Shown: positions 59,991-64,000 of the stretch, piece by piece
Position numbering within the stretch: position 1 is the first letter of the stretch
Layout: each line of letters starts with the position of its first letter
Assembly: GCF_032062105.1 (NCBI RefSeq)
Contig: NW_026928756.1
Span: forward strand, 1-64,000
DNA from: Saccostrea cucullata
Lineage: Eukaryota
Length of the DNA stretch: 64,000 nucleotides
Reading direction: 5' to 3'
Translations under genes and position numbers: made by a program
The notes under the pieces: model-generated
What the model was told of the DNA's origin: nothing
The model's input: only the letters and a program-made list of their open reading frames with translations
Databases searched by the model: none

Positions 59991-61169
59991 ATATAAATAG
60001 AAGGTGTATGGTCACGTCGCAGCTCAGCGAGTCATTAAGTTGTATTTTGAGACTCGCACATTGACCAGCGCTAAGATGAGGCACGTCTATTTTGAAGAAT
60101 TGTTACACCTTCTGTAATTGTTTGACTTAGCTGGACGTGTCTTGGATTTCTGTCGAGATGAAATTCCAAAAGAATAGAAAACAACAAAGTATTGACCATG
60201 TTGTAAAGTGCCGTTTGTGCGTGTGGATTTTATTTTTTGTTGTTTACTTGTGTGGTGGTACATGTGCGCGGGTTATTATCCAAGATGTTACCTGATTCCT
60301 TATTATACATTTTGTGAATCAGTATTTTTCTGCCGATATGAACTTTATTATTTATCATATAATTCATGAAGAGAGATTCATAAGAAAAGTGCTGTAATAT
60401 TCTATGGAGCTTTATTTTATTGACGTCACCAAATGTAGTTTCCACACAGACTGAGATCTGGAATTGCAGAATCAAGGCTATTGTACCTTTAATAAAACAA
60501 ATTAAGGAATGTGTCTTTATTAAAAAAAAAACAGAATGTATTGGGAGCGAATTTGTCTTACAAGATAAAACTATGGGTTATGTATCTTGCAAGTTAAAAT
60601 ATTTTATCATGGCTTAAATAGACTTTGGTATAGGCTTATTATACCCCTTCAATTAATTACCTTTGCACCATGCCTTTAGTAAGAATATATAGGCCTTTAC
60701 ACATCTTAAGTTCTCCAGTTTTAATAAGTTAAGGTCAATTTCCCTGTAGGTGTTGTTCGCAAAATTCAGAATAATCTAGAAATTTCACATCCTGTTCATT
60801 AAATGCTTAAGATCAAAATAATTTTATCCTTCACCTGGTAAAACTTATTCATACTTTCTTGAATAGTCGCATGGTACGTTCCTCCTTTAAAAGGGCATAT
60901 TTCATGGAATTAATGCAAACAACTTTCTTGGTTCTACAGTTTCAAGAGGAACAGTTGTTTTGCAAGTATTATTGGGAAAACCGTTGTTTAATATTTTGTT
61001 CAATTTTAAATACAAATCTTTAAATTACAATTTGGAAGCAACAGTTAAAGGATGTAAATATAGAGAAAAAGTGAAATAATTCAAGATTAGTTAAGTAGCA
61101 CTATCACTCATCACTGGGTAGAATTTGCAAATTTTAAGTTTGCTAAAATTACTAGACCTCAACCAATTC

Positions 61170-61785
61170 TGTTCTAGACCCAATGTATTGTCAGATTCTA
61201 GAATATACTTCAAATGCAGTGTTTAACTGCTGATTTGTTCTACGCCCAGTGGATATTCAGATTCTAGAATGCAGTTCAAATACAGGGCAATGTTTAACTT
61301 CTGTTTTGTTCTCCCAATGGATATTCAGATTCTAGAATGTAGTTCAAATGCAGGTCAATGTTTAACTGCTGTTTTGTTCTCCAAATGGATAGTCAGATTC
61401 AGGAATGTTGTTCAAATGCAGGTCAATGTTTAATTGCTGATTTGTTCTACTCCCAATGGATAGTAAGATTCTAGAATGTAATTTAAGTGCAGTTCAGTGT
61501 TTAACTGTCATGTGCTCTACTCACGATAAACAGTCAGATGTAGTTCAAATTCAGGTCAGTGTTTAACTGTTGTTTGTTCTGCTTACGACAAACAGTCAGA
61601 TACTTGGATGTAGTTCAAATACAGATTAGTGTTTAACTGCTATTTGTTCTGCTTACGACAAACAGTCAGATACTAGGATGTAGTTCAAATACAGATTAGT
61701 GTTTAACTGCTGTTTGTTCTGCTCCTACAATTACCTGAAAGAACATGTTCACGTGACACTGACAGGTCAGTGTATAACTGCTGCT
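61170..61785. repeat. ~60-66-bp tandem repeat, about 9-10 diverged copies
   Basis: Recurring CAGATTCTAGAATGTAGTTCAAATGCAGGTCAATGTTTAACTGCTGTTTTGTTCT. Confidence 0.9.
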
Positions 61786-63587
61786 GGATATTTAATACCC
61801 CTCTCCTGACTTAGCTTGCTTGCTGGTTCTTTTTACTTTGTGATTGTTATGTCATATACTCTGAAATTAGACTTATTACTTATCTATATTTATTATCATT
61901 TCTCGGATATTATATTAATACACATACATCCTTCATTTTGATTAACTACATTTTCGTGTGAATAGTGGTTATGAAATAATCATTTCCATATATAAATTTG
62001 ATATTATGTGCAAGCTCACCTTGGATGGCACGGATGTGATCTGCATGACCTACCATTAAAACGTTAACCTTGACCCTAATTTTTGAACAGGTGGTGATAG
62101 GATTTTATATTTCACATTTGTATTTCTTGTGAAAAGGGCTTACTTTGAGTATCAACAGGTTTGAATTACACTTGAGAAAATTTAATCTTCGCTAGGTTGC
62201 CATACGGAAGCATCAGTGTCTCACAAACACATCTTGTTCAACTATATTATTTATAAGTCTTCGTATTAGTTATACATTGAAGTTATTAATCCCCGTCTTA
62301 TGCAATAGTTAATAATATTTTATCAATTTTTATGTTATATCAGCAGCTTTGATAAATTATCAAATTATTTTCTTTAAAAATTTTACATTTCCCGAGAAAT
62401 GATTTATATGCTTTCTTAACTTAACCTGCGTTATGTTTTTACAATATACCAGAAACATAAAGAATCTACATCGTTGATCTTAACATTGTTAGATATGTTG
62501 AAAATATTTCAATACATTTTTTTTATCATCTGTAAGATGAATAAACGGAAAAAGTGCCGATTTGCTCAGACAGACAGACGAACAAACTCGTCATCTGATG
62601 ATAATACTTCTGAAGTTGCATGCGGAAATTTCTTGTACCGTAAGGTATAAAATAAAATGAATTTTAAGAACACAAAATCTTATTGATGTTTGATTATACT
62701 TAAATCAAATGGACGAATTAATCATCGTATTAGGATTGGCTGAATATCGGTACATGCATCTTGAACATCGATACATTGAATTTTTCTGGATATGCGAGTG
62801 TCATAAAATATTTCTTTATTCATGAAATGAGTAAGTTGATATTCATTCATCATGTTCATATGGATTATTTTTATAAAAATGAATGAAATTTATACATTTT
62901 CCCAATATTATACATTTTTGCAATATTATACTTTTTTTCAATGAACGATGCATTTTTTCAATCTATTTTTCTGAAACTGTCTTTTGAAAACATAAAACAA
63001 ATTATATCTGCCATTATGATTATTATTTAAGGATATCTTAGCATGAGTAGTTTTCTACTCCTGGTATGGATTTAAAGAAGTAAAATTCAAGGTCCTATTG
63101 CCTTAATTATAACCCAAATTAACTGTAGTTACATGTACATGATCCATTATAATGCATAATCCATCTTCGTTTTAAAGATGCTAAATTAGAAGTCCCAGTG
63201 ACTTAATTAAAGCTGAATTTTATCGTATTAAATATTTGATACTTAATCCATCTTCGTGACTTTGCTGATATAAAACGTGAACTTAAAACGTTGTAGTATC
63301 TCGTGATTTTTTCGCTTTTCTTTTTTGAAATTCGATGATTTATTTTTTGGTTGAATCTAATCGCTTTTAAGTTATAGAATTACATTTTCTACATTTTAAA
63401 GAAAAGAAAGCAATTCATGCATAAATTACGTGTAGGTGGGTTCTCATAAATCTAAAACCAGTGCAACCCATTCCAGTCTCTTTGATCGTGTCCTGTTTAA
63501 TTTAAAAGCCAGAAAATAATTTATTTGGTATTTTATTATTTGAAGTTTCATACGCATTTTCTTTTTTCTAAGGAAGATAACTGTAAG

Positions 63588-63780
63588 ATGGAACTAGAAA
63601 CCGTTAAATCAAGGGAGGCAAGCCATGATTCATCGGACCTAGAGAGTGACCAATCAGAAGGCGATATAGAAAGGGGCCGATGGGGAGCTAAACTTGACTA
63701 CATGTTATCTATGGTTGGTTATTGTGTTGGGCTGGGAAATATCTGGAGATTTCCGTATCTATGTATGAGAAACGGGGGAG
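63588..63780 (+). CDS. SLC6 (sodium:neurotransmitter symporter) family transporter, first coding exon; gene continues beyond the window
   Basis: Acceptor TTTTCTTTTTTCTAAG (ends 63572), ATG at 63588, MELETVKSR...[38 protein letters not shown] (SLC6 TM1 signature), and donor G|GTAAGT at 63781. Confidence 0.95.
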
Positions 63781-64000
63781 GTAAGTTTGAGCATGCGCAA
63801 AGCATCTGATTCGATAGGTGCAGTCTCGAGAGACATTTAGAGCATAACCTTTGCAAAAAAGTTATTCTAAAAAGGAATGCAATTTAATTTAAGAACATCA
63901 CATTTTATGACAATTTTTTGTGAAAATACATTTCCCATAGATCGGAAAATTTCATTTTTAATAGATATATATATATGAAACTTCTCTCAAAGAAATCTAT

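Noticed and set aside
63525-63809. ORF-track boundaries for the SLC6 exon
   Set aside because: The start lies in the upstream intron and the end reads through the donor at 63781; the true coding exon is 63588-63780.

Overview
AT-rich eukaryotic (animal) genomic DNA, most likely an ostreid bivalve. That is inferred from the repeat content: AAGGTCAAGG-rich satellite arrays inside Helentron/HINE-like elements, V-domain tRNA-SINEs, and very frequent TACATGTA. The ORF track misses or mis-bounds most real genes because they are spliced or run off the window edge. Reading splice sites and phases by hand gives seven protein-coding loci: (1) 5' part of a SARM1 homologue (minus strand, runs off the left edge); (2) a complete 3-exon, 99-aa C19orf53/Leydig-cell-tumour-10-kDa homologue head-to-head with it; (3) an 8-exon, 315-aa type-I membrane protein with a degenerate C-type-lectin-like ectodomain; (4) a 702-aa Cys-rich surface protein encoded by one coding exon, with a central ShKT module; (5,6) two tandem paralogous 2-exon orphan single-pass membrane proteins sharing TWLIxDFCLYHRE; (7) the first coding exon of an SLC6 transporter. 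The rest is introns and intergenic DNA full of Penelope-like retroelement 3' fragments (carrying a recurring structured motif), HINEs, SINEs, palindromic MITEs, minisatellites and local duplications. All homology calls come from recalled family motifs, not database searches.
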